Sequence record: SRR20825006_1019
Reading direction: 5' to 3' (one strand)
DNA: 64,000 nucleotides
Part shown: piece by piece, positions 10,247 to 20,821 of the stretch
Layout: every line of letters starts with the position of its first letter
How positions within the stretch are numbered: position 1 is the stretch's first letter
Position numbers and translations under genes: made by a program
The notes under the pieces: model-generated
Told to the model about the DNA's origin: nothing
Seen by the model: only the letters and a program-made list of their open reading frames with translations
Databases searched by the model: none

Positions 10247-11839
10247 TCACTTTGAAAGCGACACGCGGATGTATTCTCCAGCACCTGCAAAGAACAGAGG
10301 GGAGTTTTTCGAATGAAGGAATGGTGCAAATTCTTCAATGTCGGCGATGGTGGTCTCGAAGTCATCGTCGGTTGGACCGTCGTTGCCTGAGTCCACTTGG
10401 AATGTGACCGTGTTGCCTTGTTTCGTGATTCGTACCAGGTGCGGACCCGCGGTGGCCAACTCTCCGACGTTCTCCTCTCCTAGCTTGAAACGATTCAGTT
10501 CGACCAAGCCCGGTTCAATTCGCATGTACGGTGAATGCAGCCGCAAATAGACAGAGTCTTTCAATCCGTTGTAACTGCGGTCGGCGACTCCGTATCCAAT
10601 CCCAATGTTTGCCACCATGTCCTCGGGGCCGAATTGAAGAACCGTTTCGAAAGTGAAATCTCGAGATACACAACCGATGTCTTTGGTGAAGATGACACCC
10701 TGGTTTCGATATGTGAATTCGTCGTATCCCTGAATGCGAATGCCGCCCGCTTCCCCTTTTTGGTAGCGAGATCGGGTTGTGAGAAATGATGGCAGAGCCC
10801 GCGACTCACCCAAGGCCTTGCCGTTTCGGGGCATCTGGGGTGGGCTCGGACGTTTCGACGCAAGACCGGGTTCCGTGTCTGCCATCGTCCGAGGCAGGCT
10901 GATTGAGGTGGAAGTTGCAACGACGATTCGTCCGGTTTGTACATCGATCAATCGGACGTAAACGATGCCCCGCGTGCGGCCATTGGCGACGATTTTGCCC
11001 GCCACGACATGAGTTGCTCCTGACAATTCGCCAAGCTTTTGAGCGGTTTTCGGATCGAAAAGAATGGAGTTTTGTGCGAGCAATTCATCCAAGACTGATC
11101 CCAGTGATTCGCGATCGACGACAGGGACTCTTCGGTTGACCAGCCTGGTCGTGAGATCTTCGGCCATGACAAGTGTCTCATCAGCCGTGTTTCCGTTCTG
11201 GTCACGAATGGGGCAAACCGCGATTCGCAGATCGAGATTGGGTTCAACCTCATCGCCAACTTGCAGATCGGGTTCCAGGTTTCCGACTAGTTTCGCTTTG
11301 CAGTACTTTTCGTGAGTCTCGATGACCTGGATCTCTGCGATCTTAGGACGTTCGACTGCAATCACCTCGCCGCTCACGGGATCTTTGATTTCGCCTTCAT
11401 TGCGGAAGACATCTAGCTTGGCGTCTTCGCGAATGCCGCTGTTGGTACCAAGCGTGACATAGATGACCTGCGACGACACCTTGGCGATCCGGCCTGGTTG
11501 TTTCCTTTGCGACGCAATTTGTGCGACCTTCCAGCTCAGCATTTCTGCCAGCCCGATTGATTCCACCGCATCATCAAAGGCAAATGGTGTGACCACCTCT
11601 TTGACATTGCTCCGCTCGAAATTGACATCCGTCTTGGTGTGAATGTCTCGGATCGTCACGTTGTTAGGGTCTTGGTCGAGTAGCGTTCCGATAATGGGAT
11701 TGGAGTTGTCCTTCAGAAGGACTTTGAACAACGGTGGCGATGAAACCTGTGCTGAGACCGATGAGCAGGCAAAGGTTCCGATGATAACAACGAACAGATA
11801 TCGGCTGAACGCAAGCGAGCGGATGGTTTGAGGAACCAT
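10247..11839 (-). CDS. Secreted multidomain protein (FlgT-C-like, CsgG/FlgO-like, C-terminal beta domain)
   Basis: Signal peptide; IYVTLGTNSGI..IKDPVSGEVI; VVDRESLGSVLDEL..AQKLGELSGATHVVAG..VRLIDVQTGRIV. Confidence 0.7.
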   Translation of the reverse strand: MVPQTIRSLAFSRYLFVVIIGTFACSSVSAQVSSPPLFKVLLKDNSNPIIGTLLDQDPNNVTIRDIHTKTDVNFERSNVKEVVTPFAFDDAVESIGLAEMLSWKVAQIASQRKQPGRIAKVSSQVIYVTLGTNSGIREDAKLDVFRNEGEIKDPVSGEVIAVERPKIAEIQVIETHEKYCKAKLVGNLEPDLQVGDEVEPNLDLRIAVCPIRDQNGNTADETLVMAEDLTTRLVNRRVPVVDRESLGSVLDELLAQNSILFDPKTAQKLGELSGATHVVAGKIVANGRTRGIVYVRLIDVQTGRIVVATSTSISLPRTMADTEPGLASKRPSPPQMPRNGKALGESRALPSFLTTRSRYQKGEAGGIRIQGYDEFTYRNQGVIFTKDIGCVSRDFTFETVLQFGPEDMVANIGIGYGVADRSYNGLKDSVYLRLHSPYMRIEPGLVELNRFKLGEENVGELATAGPHLVRITKQGNTVTFQVDSGNDGPTDDDFETTIADIEEFAPFLHSKNSPLFFAGAGEYIRVSLSK

Positions 11840-12108
11840 GGAGCGATTGACTTATCAGAGCGAATGAAATGAAGGGCGTCTGAGACGACTAGCGATTCAA
11901 TTGCAGAATGTCCGCCATGGTAATCCCAGATAAAATCCGGTTTCGGGACGAGCGGGGGTCATCGTACCAGCGTGGTTGGGAACGTCAAATTTGCTGATGA
12001 TGCGGAGAGATTGACGAGTGCCGGATTGGCATTTTCTGGCATTCCCAGGTCTCTTTGAAGCCAATCTCGCCTGGATGAATCAGACGCGAAGTCGCGAAAG
12101 GCGAAAAG

Positions 12109-13074
12109 CTATATCTGCTCGGCGAATTGTTGTTGCATCGTGTCGAGAAACTTCTGCAGTTGGTCGGCAGGAAGTTGGTTGATGCCAGCTGCAGCTTTGC
12201 GGCCGCCTCCGGTTGGGAATTGTCGGACCAGTTCGTCGGCACCGGTCTTGGTGGTCAAAGGAGCGCGGACGCTGACGAGGTAATCGCCCGAAGGCAGTTC
12301 GCTGAGCAACGCATGGGCTCGGTTGGGATTTTCACGGGCGAGTTGGTTGCTGTAGACGCCGCTGACTCGCCGTGAAAAGGAATCGTTGGGAAACAGGAAC
12401 GCGGCGCAGGATTCGGTCGCCATCTTGGGTTCGATCGAAGCGGCTCGCTTCATGTCGCTGTCGAAACCATCGCGAAGTGTTTCGAATGTGGTGTCCGCCG
12501 CGATGAACTCAAACGGATCCGCATAAGGTTGGACCTTGCGATACAGTTTGTCAGGAGCGAAGTAAAGATCGTCGAGCGTTCCCCCATAGCCGTTGTAGTT
12601 GAGCAGCGTGCCGAGTTGTTCCAGTTCTGCCAGTTGCGAGTCGCTGAGTTGAAGTGGTTCGGCGGCGGATTTGGCCGCATCGTGCAAGTTGTCGCCGTAC
12701 AAAGCGGTGACTGCCCAAGGCAAGAATTGACTACTCAGGAATTGATTGACGAGCAGTCCAGTGCACACGTCGCCGGCCGTGTCGATGTGAGTCGACAGCA
12801 GAGGCGACGAAGGAATGTCGCCAGCGAAATGATGGTCGAAGTAGGTGACAGGGACATCGGCAGCCAAAATGCGGTGGAGCTCATCGCGGTTCTTGTCGAG
12901 CGAGACGTCGAGCACGGTCACAGAATCGCCCGAGCTCGCGGGGACTCTTTTGAGCAGGTTGATGTCCCGTTTGACGCCAGTCACCAGCGTGCTGTCTTTG
13001 GGGTCTGCCAGCCGCAGTTGGTGCAATGCGCAAATGCCATCCGCATCGCCATTGAAAACGTCAAAATGAGTCAC
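12109..13074 (-). CDS. DHH/DHHA1 family phosphoesterase
   Basis: FNGDADG, VLDVS, YFDHH, VSVRAP, GGGRKAAAG. Confidence 0.88.
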   Translation of the reverse strand: MTHFDVFNGDADGICALHQLRLADPKDSTLVTGVKRDINLLKRVPASSGDSVTVLDVSLDKNRDELHRILAADVPVTYFDHHFAGDIPSSPLLSTHIDTAGDVCTGLLVNQFLSSQFLPWAVTALYGDNLHDAAKSAAEPLQLSDSQLAELEQLGTLLNYNGYGGTLDDLYFAPDKLYRKVQPYADPFEFIAADTTFETLRDGFDSDMKRAASIEPKMATESCAAFLFPNDSFSRRVSGVYSNQLARENPNRAHALLSELPSGDYLVSVRAPLTTKTGADELVRQFPTGGGRKAAAGINQLPADQLQKFLDTMQQQFAEQI

Positions 13075-13198
13075 GTCGGTATCTCAGTGAGAGTGGTGGG
13101 TGGAGGCCGCGAGCGATTGAGGCTGTGAGACTCTTTGCTCGTCAGATTTGATTCTAGTTCCACATCCCGAAAGCGAAACCGTGCCTGGGGTGCAAGGC

Positions 13199-14386
13199 TC
13201 AAAGCCCCAGTTCATCCAGTGCGATGGTTTGGAACTCCAAGTCGGCCCGGGAAGACTCGTAGAGGATTCCGAGGGTCGTGTCGTCGACCATCACGAGCGA
13301 GCTGTAGGCGCCGCCGTCGTTGTCCAAGACGACCTGTCGATTGGACGGCCATGTCAAACCGTCATCCAGGCTGGCTCGCACGGTCATGTTGGCACGTCGG
13401 GTTTTGTGATGTGGGTTGCTGAAGATCAGAGCACGGCGGCCATCGGTCAATGAGTTTGAGATCAGACTGGCCATGCAAACGGGTTCAGGCAGTGCGCCAT
13501 GATCACTTGGGTGAATCGTCCAGGTCTGGCCCAAGTCGCTCGTCACGCTGATGGCTCGTCCGTTGGTGTCGGATTTGTCCTTGCGATTTCGGTTGTCTCT
13601 CATGTTCAACATCAGAGAACCGTCGGCCAACTCGGCAACGGCACACTCGGTCGTGTCGGAGCGTGCCGGATTGGAAACGGTCCAAGTCTTTCCGTGATCG
13701 CGGGAGTAGATGACGTTGGAAAAGGGAAGCCCAGTTTGGTCGCGGCCCTGCGTGGGGATCACCAACGTGCCATCGGTCATTGTGATTCCGTTGCCTGGCG
13801 CGGGAGCGAACAGGTACCACCTAGGATCCTTGAGTTGCTTCGTCCAGTTCTCGGGTGACGACCAAGTTTGACCGTCGTCGTTGGAACGGACGGCGAGGAA
13901 TTGGGTGGAGGTGGCAATGTCCAGTCCAGGTTCAGATCCATTGCCTCGCCATTGATGCGTGCCTGGTTTGCCGTGAGTCCAGACGGCGGTGACGATGATT
14001 TCACCAGTTTGTGTGTCGACCAAAATGTTGGGATCGGAGCATCCGTTTTGGTTCTCGGGCAATGCTCCGTGGGTGCCCATGTCCATGATCGGACGCGGGG
14101 CGGCCCAAGTCTTTCCGCCATCTGTAGATCGCGAGAGTCCGATGTCCATGTGACCTTGAAGATCGCGACGACTGTCATATCTCATGTCGTAAACCGCCAG
14201 CAAAGTTCCCTCGTTGGAACGAGCGATCCCGGGAATGCGAAATGTATGGCAATCGTGTTCGCCTTGGCGGTGAAGGAGCACCGATGTTCGTTCGTCCGCC
14301 TTGGCAATGGATGCCAGCGAACAAGTCAAAAAGATCGAAGTCAGGAGCGTTGCGACGCAACGTGGGGAGATAAAACGCTGGGACAT
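13199..14386 (-). CDS. Secreted sialidase-family (GH33, Asp-box) protein
   Basis: FRIP motif; Asp boxes STDGGKTW, SNDDGQTW, SRDHGKTW, SDLGQTW, SLDDGLTW; AYSSL; signal peptide after ATG 14386. Confidence 0.9.
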   Translation of the reverse strand: MSQRFISPRCVATLLTSIFLTCSLASIAKADERTSVLLHRQGEHDCHTFRIPGIARSNEGTLLAVYDMRYDSRRDLQGHMDIGLSRSTDGGKTWAAPRPIMDMGTHGALPENQNGCSDPNILVDTQTGEIIVTAVWTHGKPGTHQWRGNGSEPGLDIATSTQFLAVRSNDDGQTWSSPENWTKQLKDPRWYLFAPAPGNGITMTDGTLVIPTQGRDQTGLPFSNVIYSRDHGKTWTVSNPARSDTTECAVAELADGSLMLNMRDNRNRKDKSDTNGRAISVTSDLGQTWTIHPSDHGALPEPVCMASLISNSLTDGRRALIFSNPHHKTRRANMTVRASLDDGLTWPSNRQVVLDNDGGAYSSLVMVDDTTLGILYESSRADLEFQTIALDELGL

Positions 14387-14422
14387 GGGAGGGAGCTTGG
14401 CGGGGCGGTTTTGGCGGGAGGC

Positions 14423-14469
14423 AAATAAAAAAGCCGACGCGAAACTTGATGGCAAGTTTGCGTCGGCTT
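14423..14469 (-). terminator. Intrinsic terminator on the minus strand
   Basis: AAGCCGACGC..AAACTTG-atgg-CAAGTTT..GCGTCGGCTT hairpin; A-run on plus = U-tract on minus. Confidence 0.7.
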
Positions 14470-14529
14470 CAAGATAGTCGGCTTTGCAGCCTAGGAGTTG
14501 CTGGTGAAGGGTGGCTCTGGGCTCGTTTA

Positions 14530-14643
14530 CCCCTCACCCCGAGTCCCTCTGTCCAAGGGAGGTCGTGCAGTTTCAAAGTTGCCGTATTGCCACGCGTTTC
14601 AAATCACCCTACCAAAGGGAGGGTGAAGTGAAACTGCACAACC
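14530..14643. repeat. Composite intergenic repeat: CCCCTCACCCC-type hairpin unit plus an about 80-bp MITE-like element
   Basis: Terminal inverted repeat GGTCGTGCAGTTTCA (14561-14575) / TGAAACTGCACAACC (14629-14643), 14/15 match; internal hairpin TCACCCT..AGGGTGA. Confidence 0.6.
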
Positions 14644-14727
14644 GCCGAGGCGGGGCGAGACTGTTGTTATTTGGAAACGAAAGTTGCTTCCGAACGGGGC
14701 AGGGCCCCAGACGAACTTCCTTCCGGA

Positions 14728-17700
14728 TCAGTTCTTGATCTTCGCTTTCTTCTTCAGCTGATTCAGCGTCTTCGCACCGCCTTGGTTGACGTCGAAGATG
14801 AACTTGGCGAGATCCAGAAATTCTTGTCGATCCTTCAGCATGTTGACGAGGCCGGGTGGCATGGTCGAGTTTTGCGACTCGAGCACGTCTTCCACATCGT
14901 CAATTGGGATGGTGCGGGGTTTGCCTTGATCAGCGGCGATGCTGAGTGTGATCTTGTCATCGGTTTCTTCCACGAGGAAGCCGGAAAGGATGGCGCCGTC
15001 GACTGTGATCACGTTCACCGTTTGGTAACCTTCCAAGATCTTTTCGGATGGTTTCAGGATCGATTCGATCAAGTGCTCATGCGTTATGTCCTCACGTGTT
15101 TTGGTGAGGTGGGGGCCAAGTTGGTAGCCTTCGTTGACGTCGTGGCAAGTCGCACATGCGGTCTTGGAGCCGTAGAAGTACGTGGCACCACGAATGGCAT
15201 CGCCCTTTTCATGAGCGTCTCGAACCAAGTCGCTGAGTGATTCTGCAAGCAGTTCGTTTTCGAGCTGGTTGTTTGCCGGTTCGTCTTCGATCATCTCCGG
15301 GCGGCTGTCCTCGGGGAACGGATGCATTTCGATCAGTTCCTCGGGGCTGTAGAAACGTTGGCGGTCTTCCGTCGCGGCGCGAACGCGTTTGACTTCGTCC
15401 GGTTTGATTTCGCTGGCGTCATTGCCCCAGCTGTTGCGAGCATAGGTCAGTGCTGCGGCGATTTCCGCATCGGAGAACATGTTGCCAATGGCGGTCATTG
15501 GCGGCACACCTTGAGTCGGTTCAAAGACTTTGCCGCGAACGCGAATTTTTCCCCAGATGCCGTGAAGGGTCAGCTTGATCAGCCGCTCTGAGTCACCGGT
15601 GACCCATTCACTGCCGGCCAACGGTGGATAGATCCGTGCGATGCCTTCACCGTTTTCACGGTGGCAAGCGTAGCAGGAGCCTTCTTCGAAAAAGACTTGC
15701 TGGCCCAGGTTGTAGGTCTGAGCAAATGCTTTGTTCTTGAACTTGTCGGACTTGGTTCGGTAGTCCTTCGGTTTGGCCGCACCTTCCAATTTGCCGGCGA
15801 GCAATTGCTTGTACTCAACCAATAAGTTGTCTGGATCAAACGCTTTGTCCTGAATCTCTTTCTCAATGTCTTCTTTGAGCAGCGGCATGGCACTGTTGAG
15901 GGCGTTGCGGATCCAGCGGTCTGTCTTGTGGGAGGCAACGGTTAGCAACACTTTCGCACCGGATTGGCCGCCCAGCCATGAACCGGCTGAGAGAGCTTCC
16001 AAACGAACGCGAGGGTGTGTGTCCGCAGCAGCGGTCAGCAAGTACGTCTCGGGATGGTCGAGCAAGTGCAGGCAATGCCGGACGACTCGAACCGCTGCGG
16101 AGCGGACGCGGTGGTCTTCGGCTTGCAAGCATTGGTTGAGCAATTCGGTGGACGGTTCTTGATGACCCCAGGTCGCCCAAAGAGCTTCCAAAACCAAGCG
16201 TTCGTTGTCTGCGTTTTCACTGGCGAATTTCATCGCAGCAGCAATCACGGCTTGTTTGTCACGACCACGCAATTCGAGGTGCGAACGTTTGCGAGCGTTG
16301 AGTTCGGGCAGTTTCATGTTCTCGAACAATTGTTCGATATCAGCCCCGGCAACGGTCGGTGGTTCGACCAAGTCACGGTCCGCGTAGGTGATGCGATAGA
16401 TGCGACCGTATTCTGAATTCCGCATCGGGTCACGAGCACTGTGTTGCATGTGACCGATCAGCGTGTTGTGCCAATCGATGAAGTACAGACTTCCATCGGG
16501 GGCGACCTCTAAGTCACAGGGGCGGAAGTTTCCGTCGGAGGACTGGATCAAGTCTTGGCGGAATTTGCCTTTGATCTCAACTCCATCTTCAACGGTCTTG
16601 TACTGCTTGAGTCCCAAGAAGCCAATCGTGTTGGCGTACATGTAGTCGCCTTGGACTTCATCGGGGAAGTGACGGCTGTAGAGGAACTCCGAGCCCGAAG
16701 TGGGGCGAGCATGGTGTTCGTAGTTGAACTTCGAAACCTTTGGGATTTCTTTTGAATGCGGGACCTTGATCGAGTAACCCAGCATCCAGTACTGGGCACC
16801 ACCGGAGGCATCGTTGACGAACGTTTGGCCATATTCGTCATGAGCGACACCCCATGGGTTGTTGACGTCTGACTGCATGACGCGTTCCACCTTCCATGAC
16901 TTTGGATCGAAACGCCAAATGCCACCGTCGGTCATGCGCTCGGGGCCCCACGGGGTTTCGACTTGCGAGTGAAGGAAACGGCCTTCGCACATGTAGATGC
17001 CAGCACCATGGTCGACATCAAATGCTGAGATGGCGTGGTGGGTGTCGTGGGGATCGAAACCGTCGAGCAAGACTTCCATCTTGTCAGCATGATCGTCGCC
17101 GTCGGTGTCCTTGAGCAGCACCAAAAAAGGTTCTTGCGAGAGGTAGACTCCTTCGGGGGCCAATTCGAAACCGATCGGCATGTGCAATCCATCGGCGAAG
17201 ACGGTTTCTTTGTCTGCGCGTCCGTCGCCGTCGGTGTCCTCGTAGATCAGGATCATGTCGTTGGGTTTGGAGTCACCCGGTTTGTAGTGTGGGTAACTCG
17301 GCAGGGTCGAGACCCACAGACGACCTTTGTTGTCAAATCTCATCTGGGCTGGGTTGCCCAGGTTCGGGAAGTCTTGCTCGGAAGCGAACATGGAGACTTC
17401 GTAGCCTTCCGGCAACGTGAACGTCTTGAGAGCTTCTTCCTCGGCTTTGAGATAGTCCGGATTGCCGTTCTTCTCGCTCATGCGAAAGTTCGTTTCGACC
17501 GACGACAAAGGCCGAGTGATCGAATCGTCGACTTCGAGGGTGGACGATTTACCTTGTGCGATTGCCCAAATGTTCCGGTCACGCAAGACCGTCATCTGAC
17601 GGATCTTCTCGATTTCTTCTGGATAGTTGAAGTTTCCGTAGGGAGCCCAACGCCGACCGTAAGCGTGCACGCCGTTGAGCATGCGGAAGTCATTGCGCCA

Positions 17701-18810
17701 GAACCACGCTTTGTCTTGGACCGCCGCGTGCAACAGCGAATCCTTCGGGGCGACACCGGAGTCGGCACCGAACAGTTGTTGCATGATGACGGGAGCAAGC
17801 TTGCGATAACCCTCTTCGGACAGGTGCACGCCGTTGATCGTCAAGGCTTCGTTGGAACTTTGAAACCATTCCAAGGTCGGTGTGTAGAGATCAACGAAGC
17901 CGACATGCTTTTCATCGGCGACCGCACCGACGGCGTCCGCGTACGCCTTCAAAATCGCGTTTCGATCATCCGCATTCGGGAGATTGAACTCGGGATGCTG
18001 CTCCATCGCGATCGGAGTTGCCAAGACGAGGCGAGGTGGTTTGGATGCGTCACGTTCGTAGGAACGCGAGAGGGTGTGATCGACGAAGGCTCGTAGTTCG
18101 TTCTTGAAATTTTCGACTCCGTCCAAGCCGTCGAAGGATTCGTTGAACCCAAAGAAGGCGACAATCGTGTTGGCTTTGACGATCGTCAGCCATTCGTCTG
18201 GTTTCGGATAATGGCCTTCGCCGTAGTGGCCTTGGATTTCGGGACGAAACGTTTCGGCACCGGGAAATGCCCAAGGATCTTTCTTGCCAGCTTCTGGACG
18301 ATAAGCCGGGGTGTGGCCCGGAAATCCCATGTTGCGGAACGTCAAATCCTTCTCAGGGAACTGCTGGTAGAGTGCCGTTTCAAAGGCATTGAACAGTTCC
18401 ATTCGCGAAGCCAGGCCGTTGCCGAGGAAAGCGATCGTTTCGCCTTGGGTCGGTTTCAGCGGCAACGAGGTGGCGGGAGCGTCGCCATCGACTTCGACGG
18501 GTTGCAAGTATTCCGGACGAACTCGCTTGGTTTGCTGAATTTCGTTGTCGGTGACGGTCGTGATGACTTCGGGGGCAACGGTTTCGTCGGCGGACTTGTC
18601 ATCCGCGTGCGATCGCGAAAGTCCTCCGGCGAGCAGTAGAGTGGCACAAGCGAGGCCAACGCGAGTCAGTTTCGACGTTGAGAGTCGCATTTGATTTGCT
18701 GGCAGTCGCAAATTGTTTTTGGCTAACAGTTTCATTTTGAGGCAGGTTCTTAGCAGCGAGTTTTGCTCGCCGAAGAAGGTGAGAGGTGGGGAGGTGGGTG
18801 AACGTCGCAT
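14728..18810 (-). CDS. PVC-type heme-binding CxxCH protein (SGNH-like, sugar-dehydrogenase-like beta-propeller, HEAT repeats, two cytochrome c domains)
   Basis: IAFLGNGL..FFGFNES..NGVHL (SGNH-like); FTLPEGYEVSMFASE, DTDGDGRAD, FRPCDLEVAPDGSLYFIDW; CYACH and CATCH; true start probably downstream of 18810. Confidence 0.88.
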   Translation of the reverse strand: MRRSPTSPPLTFFGEQNSLLRTCLKMKLLAKNNLRLPANQMRLSTSKLTRVGLACATLLLAGGLSRSHADDKSADETVAPEVITTVTDNEIQQTKRVRPEYLQPVEVDGDAPATSLPLKPTQGETIAFLGNGLASRMELFNAFETALYQQFPEKDLTFRNMGFPGHTPAYRPEAGKKDPWAFPGAETFRPEIQGHYGEGHYPKPDEWLTIVKANTIVAFFGFNESFDGLDGVENFKNELRAFVDHTLSRSYERDASKPPRLVLATPIAMEQHPEFNLPNADDRNAILKAYADAVGAVADEKHVGFVDLYTPTLEWFQSSNEALTINGVHLSEEGYRKLAPVIMQQLFGADSGVAPKDSLLHAAVQDKAWFWRNDFRMLNGVHAYGRRWAPYGNFNYPEEIEKIRQMTVLRDRNIWAIAQGKSSTLEVDDSITRPLSSVETNFRMSEKNGNPDYLKAEEEALKTFTLPEGYEVSMFASEQDFPNLGNPAQMRFDNKGRLWVSTLPSYPHYKPGDSKPNDMILIYEDTDGDGRADKETVFADGLHMPIGFELAPEGVYLSQEPFLVLLKDTDGDDHADKMEVLLDGFDPHDTHHAISAFDVDHGAGIYMCEGRFLHSQVETPWGPERMTDGGIWRFDPKSWKVERVMQSDVNNPWGVAHDEYGQTFVNDASGGAQYWMLGYSIKVPHSKEIPKVSKFNYEHHARPTSGSEFLYSRHFPDEVQGDYMYANTIGFLGLKQYKTVEDGVEIKGKFRQDLIQSSDGNFRPCDLEVAPDGSLYFIDWHNTLIGHMQHSARDPMRNSEYGRIYRITYADRDLVEPPTVAGADIEQLFENMKLPELNARKRSHLELRGRDKQAVIAAAMKFASENADNERLVLEALWATWGHQEPSTELLNQCLQAEDHRVRSAAVRVVRHCLHLLDHPETYLLTAAADTHPRVRLEALSAGSWLGGQSGAKVLLTVASHKTDRWIRNALNSAMPLLKEDIEKEIQDKAFDPDNLLVEYKQLLAGKLEGAAKPKDYRTKSDKFKNKAFAQTYNLGQQVFFEEGSCYACHRENGEGIARIYPPLAGSEWVTGDSERLIKLTLHGIWGKIRVRGKVFEPTQGVPPMTAIGNMFSDAEIAAALTYARNSWGNDASEIKPDEVKRVRAATEDRQRFYSPEELIEMHPFPEDSRPEMIEDEPANNQLENELLAESLSDLVRDAHEKGDAIRGATYFYGSKTACATCHDVNEGYQLGPHLTKTREDITHEHLIESILKPSEKILEGYQTVNVITVDGAILSGFLVEETDDKITLSIAADQGKPRTIPIDDVEDVLESQNSTMPPGLVNMLKDRQEFLDLAKFIFDVNQGGAKTLNQLKKKAKIKN

Positions 18811-19185
18811 TCTAGTTCATCGTCTTAGCTTATGGATCATCGAAGCCAGCGGTAGTCCGACGATTTGTCGCATTTGCCGCGTCCATAGACCGTCGACGTC
18901 TATGGAGTGAGACCGCTTGCTTGATCGGTTGCAGTCGGTCCTGGGCCTCAGAAGCCGAGACGTCATCTGCTCCATCGGACGTCGGGAACTACTGTCCGGC
19001 GGCTTCAGGTCTCGATCGCTGCACGCGGGGCCTGTGTTCTATTCCCGCGAATACGTTGTTGAGGCAACTGCAAAGGATTTCAGGGGCAATTGCACAACCA
19101 TGTAGATAGAGCCAATCGGGCGGCTCGTGAGGTGATCGCTAAACCTCTCACAAGAAGGTGATCGCGGCAAAGCATCAAGCGATCG

Positions 19186-19210
19186 GCCGGTGACTGTTGA
19201 AGTCACCGGC
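19186..19210. terminator. Perfect 10-bp hairpin downstream of phoD
   Basis: GCCGGTGACT-gttga-AGTCACCGGC; no U-tract. Confidence 0.4.
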
Positions 19211-19237
19211 GAGAGTGCGAGAAGATTATCTCAGTGA

Positions 19238-20821
19238 TCAGGCTTGGTTCAGTTTGGGTGAGCCTGATTCGACAACGAAGGAATTGCGAGTGAACGTTTT
19301 GCCGCCTGGTTTCAGCACGTCATCCACAACCATGTAGTCGGACTTCCAGCTATTCGGTGTGACGTCGCAGCGGATGTAGCCGCGTTCGGTGTTGTGCCAT
19401 TTGACGCAAGCGTTTTCTGCCAGCACCGCGTCGAGATTCTTGGGTTTGTCTGGACCGTTGCCTCCACTGGATAGCGAAGTGGCAACAAACTCAGTGGCAA
19501 CGAGACCTTGTTCGGTTTGTCGGTCGTCAACGCGAAGTTCGTTGGCCCAGTTGGAATGAATGTCGCCGGTCAAGACAACGGGATTGCTGACTTGTCGATC
19601 TCGAATGTAGTTCAGCAGTTCCATCCGTTCGTGGGAATAGCCGGGCCATTGATCCATCGAGAACTGATGGTTGTCAGGGTCGCCGGAACGATTGACCATT
19701 CCCATCATGACTTGCTGTGCCAGCACATTCCAAGTGGCGGTTGATCGGATCAGGTTGCGAGACAACCATCCGCGCTGCTTCGTTCCCAACATCGACTGAG
19801 TTGGATCCAAGGCAGCTTCGTTCAGTGGGCTTTTGCGATCGCCGTTGGGTTGGTCGGTTCGATACTGGCGAGTATCCAAGATCGAGAACTCGGCCAGTCG
19901 TCCAAATTGAGCCGAGCGATACAGACGCATGTCGCTGCCGCGGGGAATCTGACGCAATCGAAGCGGCATCATTTCGTAATAGGCTTGGTAGGCGTTGGCT
20001 CGTCGCGAAAGGAAAGAGAGTGAGTCGACGCCTGACTCTTCTGAAATGTCGCAAGCGCAGTTGTTGTCAAACTCATGATCATCCCATGTCAGCCACCAAG
20101 GACACTGAGCGTGCATGTTTTGCAGCAACGGATCGGATCGATACTGAGCGTGGCGGACGCGATAGTCACCCAGTGACATGATTTCAGATCCGTGATGAGT
20201 TCGGACCTTCCCATTGCGACCGGCTTCGTATTCGTAGATGTAGTCGCCTAAGTGAAAGACCATGTCGACGTTGTCAGCCGCCATTCGCTCGTAGGCGGTG
20301 AAGAGACCCTGTTCGTAGTTCTGGCACGAGGTGACAGCGAAGCGAACTTGGTCGGGCAGTTGATGCGGCAGTGGCATGGTGCGGGTGCGACCGATGGTGC
20401 TTTCAGCGTCGCCGCATCGGAATCGATACCAATACCAACGGTCGGACTCGAGTTGGTTCAGTTCGACATGGACGGAGTGACCAAGTTGAGGGGTGGCCAG
20501 TTGTGTGCCGGAGGCGACGACGTTTCGCATCGAGTCATCCGTTGCGACTTCCCAAGTCACTTCAACGGTTTGGGCTGGCATACCACCATCGGGAAGCAAC
20601 GGTGAAGGTGCCAAGCGAGTCCATAGGACCATCCCGCGGTGATCGGGATCTCCAGAAGCGACGCCTAGGCTGAATGGATTGCTTGAAAAAGAAATCTTGC
20701 CGTCGGCCCAGGCGTGTTGAGTCGACAGCACGTAGGCGGGCAGCGCGCCGGTAAATGCTAGGAACCGTCGACGATTCCAGGCGGTGGAAGTGACTTGGTC
20801 AGCGTGAGTTGGTCGTGACAT
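19238..20821 (-). CDS. phoD: Alkaline phosphatase D (Tat-exported)
   Basis: NRRRFL Tat motif; FSLGVASGDP, SCQNY, HLGDYIYE, WDDHE, LDTRQYR, LTGDIH. Confidence 0.95.
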   Translation of the reverse strand: MSRPTHADQVTSTAWNRRRFLAFTGALPAYVLSTQHAWADGKISFSSNPFSLGVASGDPDHRGMVLWTRLAPSPLLPDGGMPAQTVEVTWEVATDDSMRNVVASGTQLATPQLGHSVHVELNQLESDRWYWYRFRCGDAESTIGRTRTMPLPHQLPDQVRFAVTSCQNYEQGLFTAYERMAADNVDMVFHLGDYIYEYEAGRNGKVRTHHGSEIMSLGDYRVRHAQYRSDPLLQNMHAQCPWWLTWDDHEFDNNCACDISEESGVDSLSFLSRRANAYQAYYEMMPLRLRQIPRGSDMRLYRSAQFGRLAEFSILDTRQYRTDQPNGDRKSPLNEAALDPTQSMLGTKQRGWLSRNLIRSTATWNVLAQQVMMGMVNRSGDPDNHQFSMDQWPGYSHERMELLNYIRDRQVSNPVVLTGDIHSNWANELRVDDRQTEQGLVATEFVATSLSSGGNGPDKPKNLDAVLAENACVKWHNTERGYIRCDVTPNSWKSDYMVVDDVLKPGGKTFTRNSFVVESGSPKLNQA

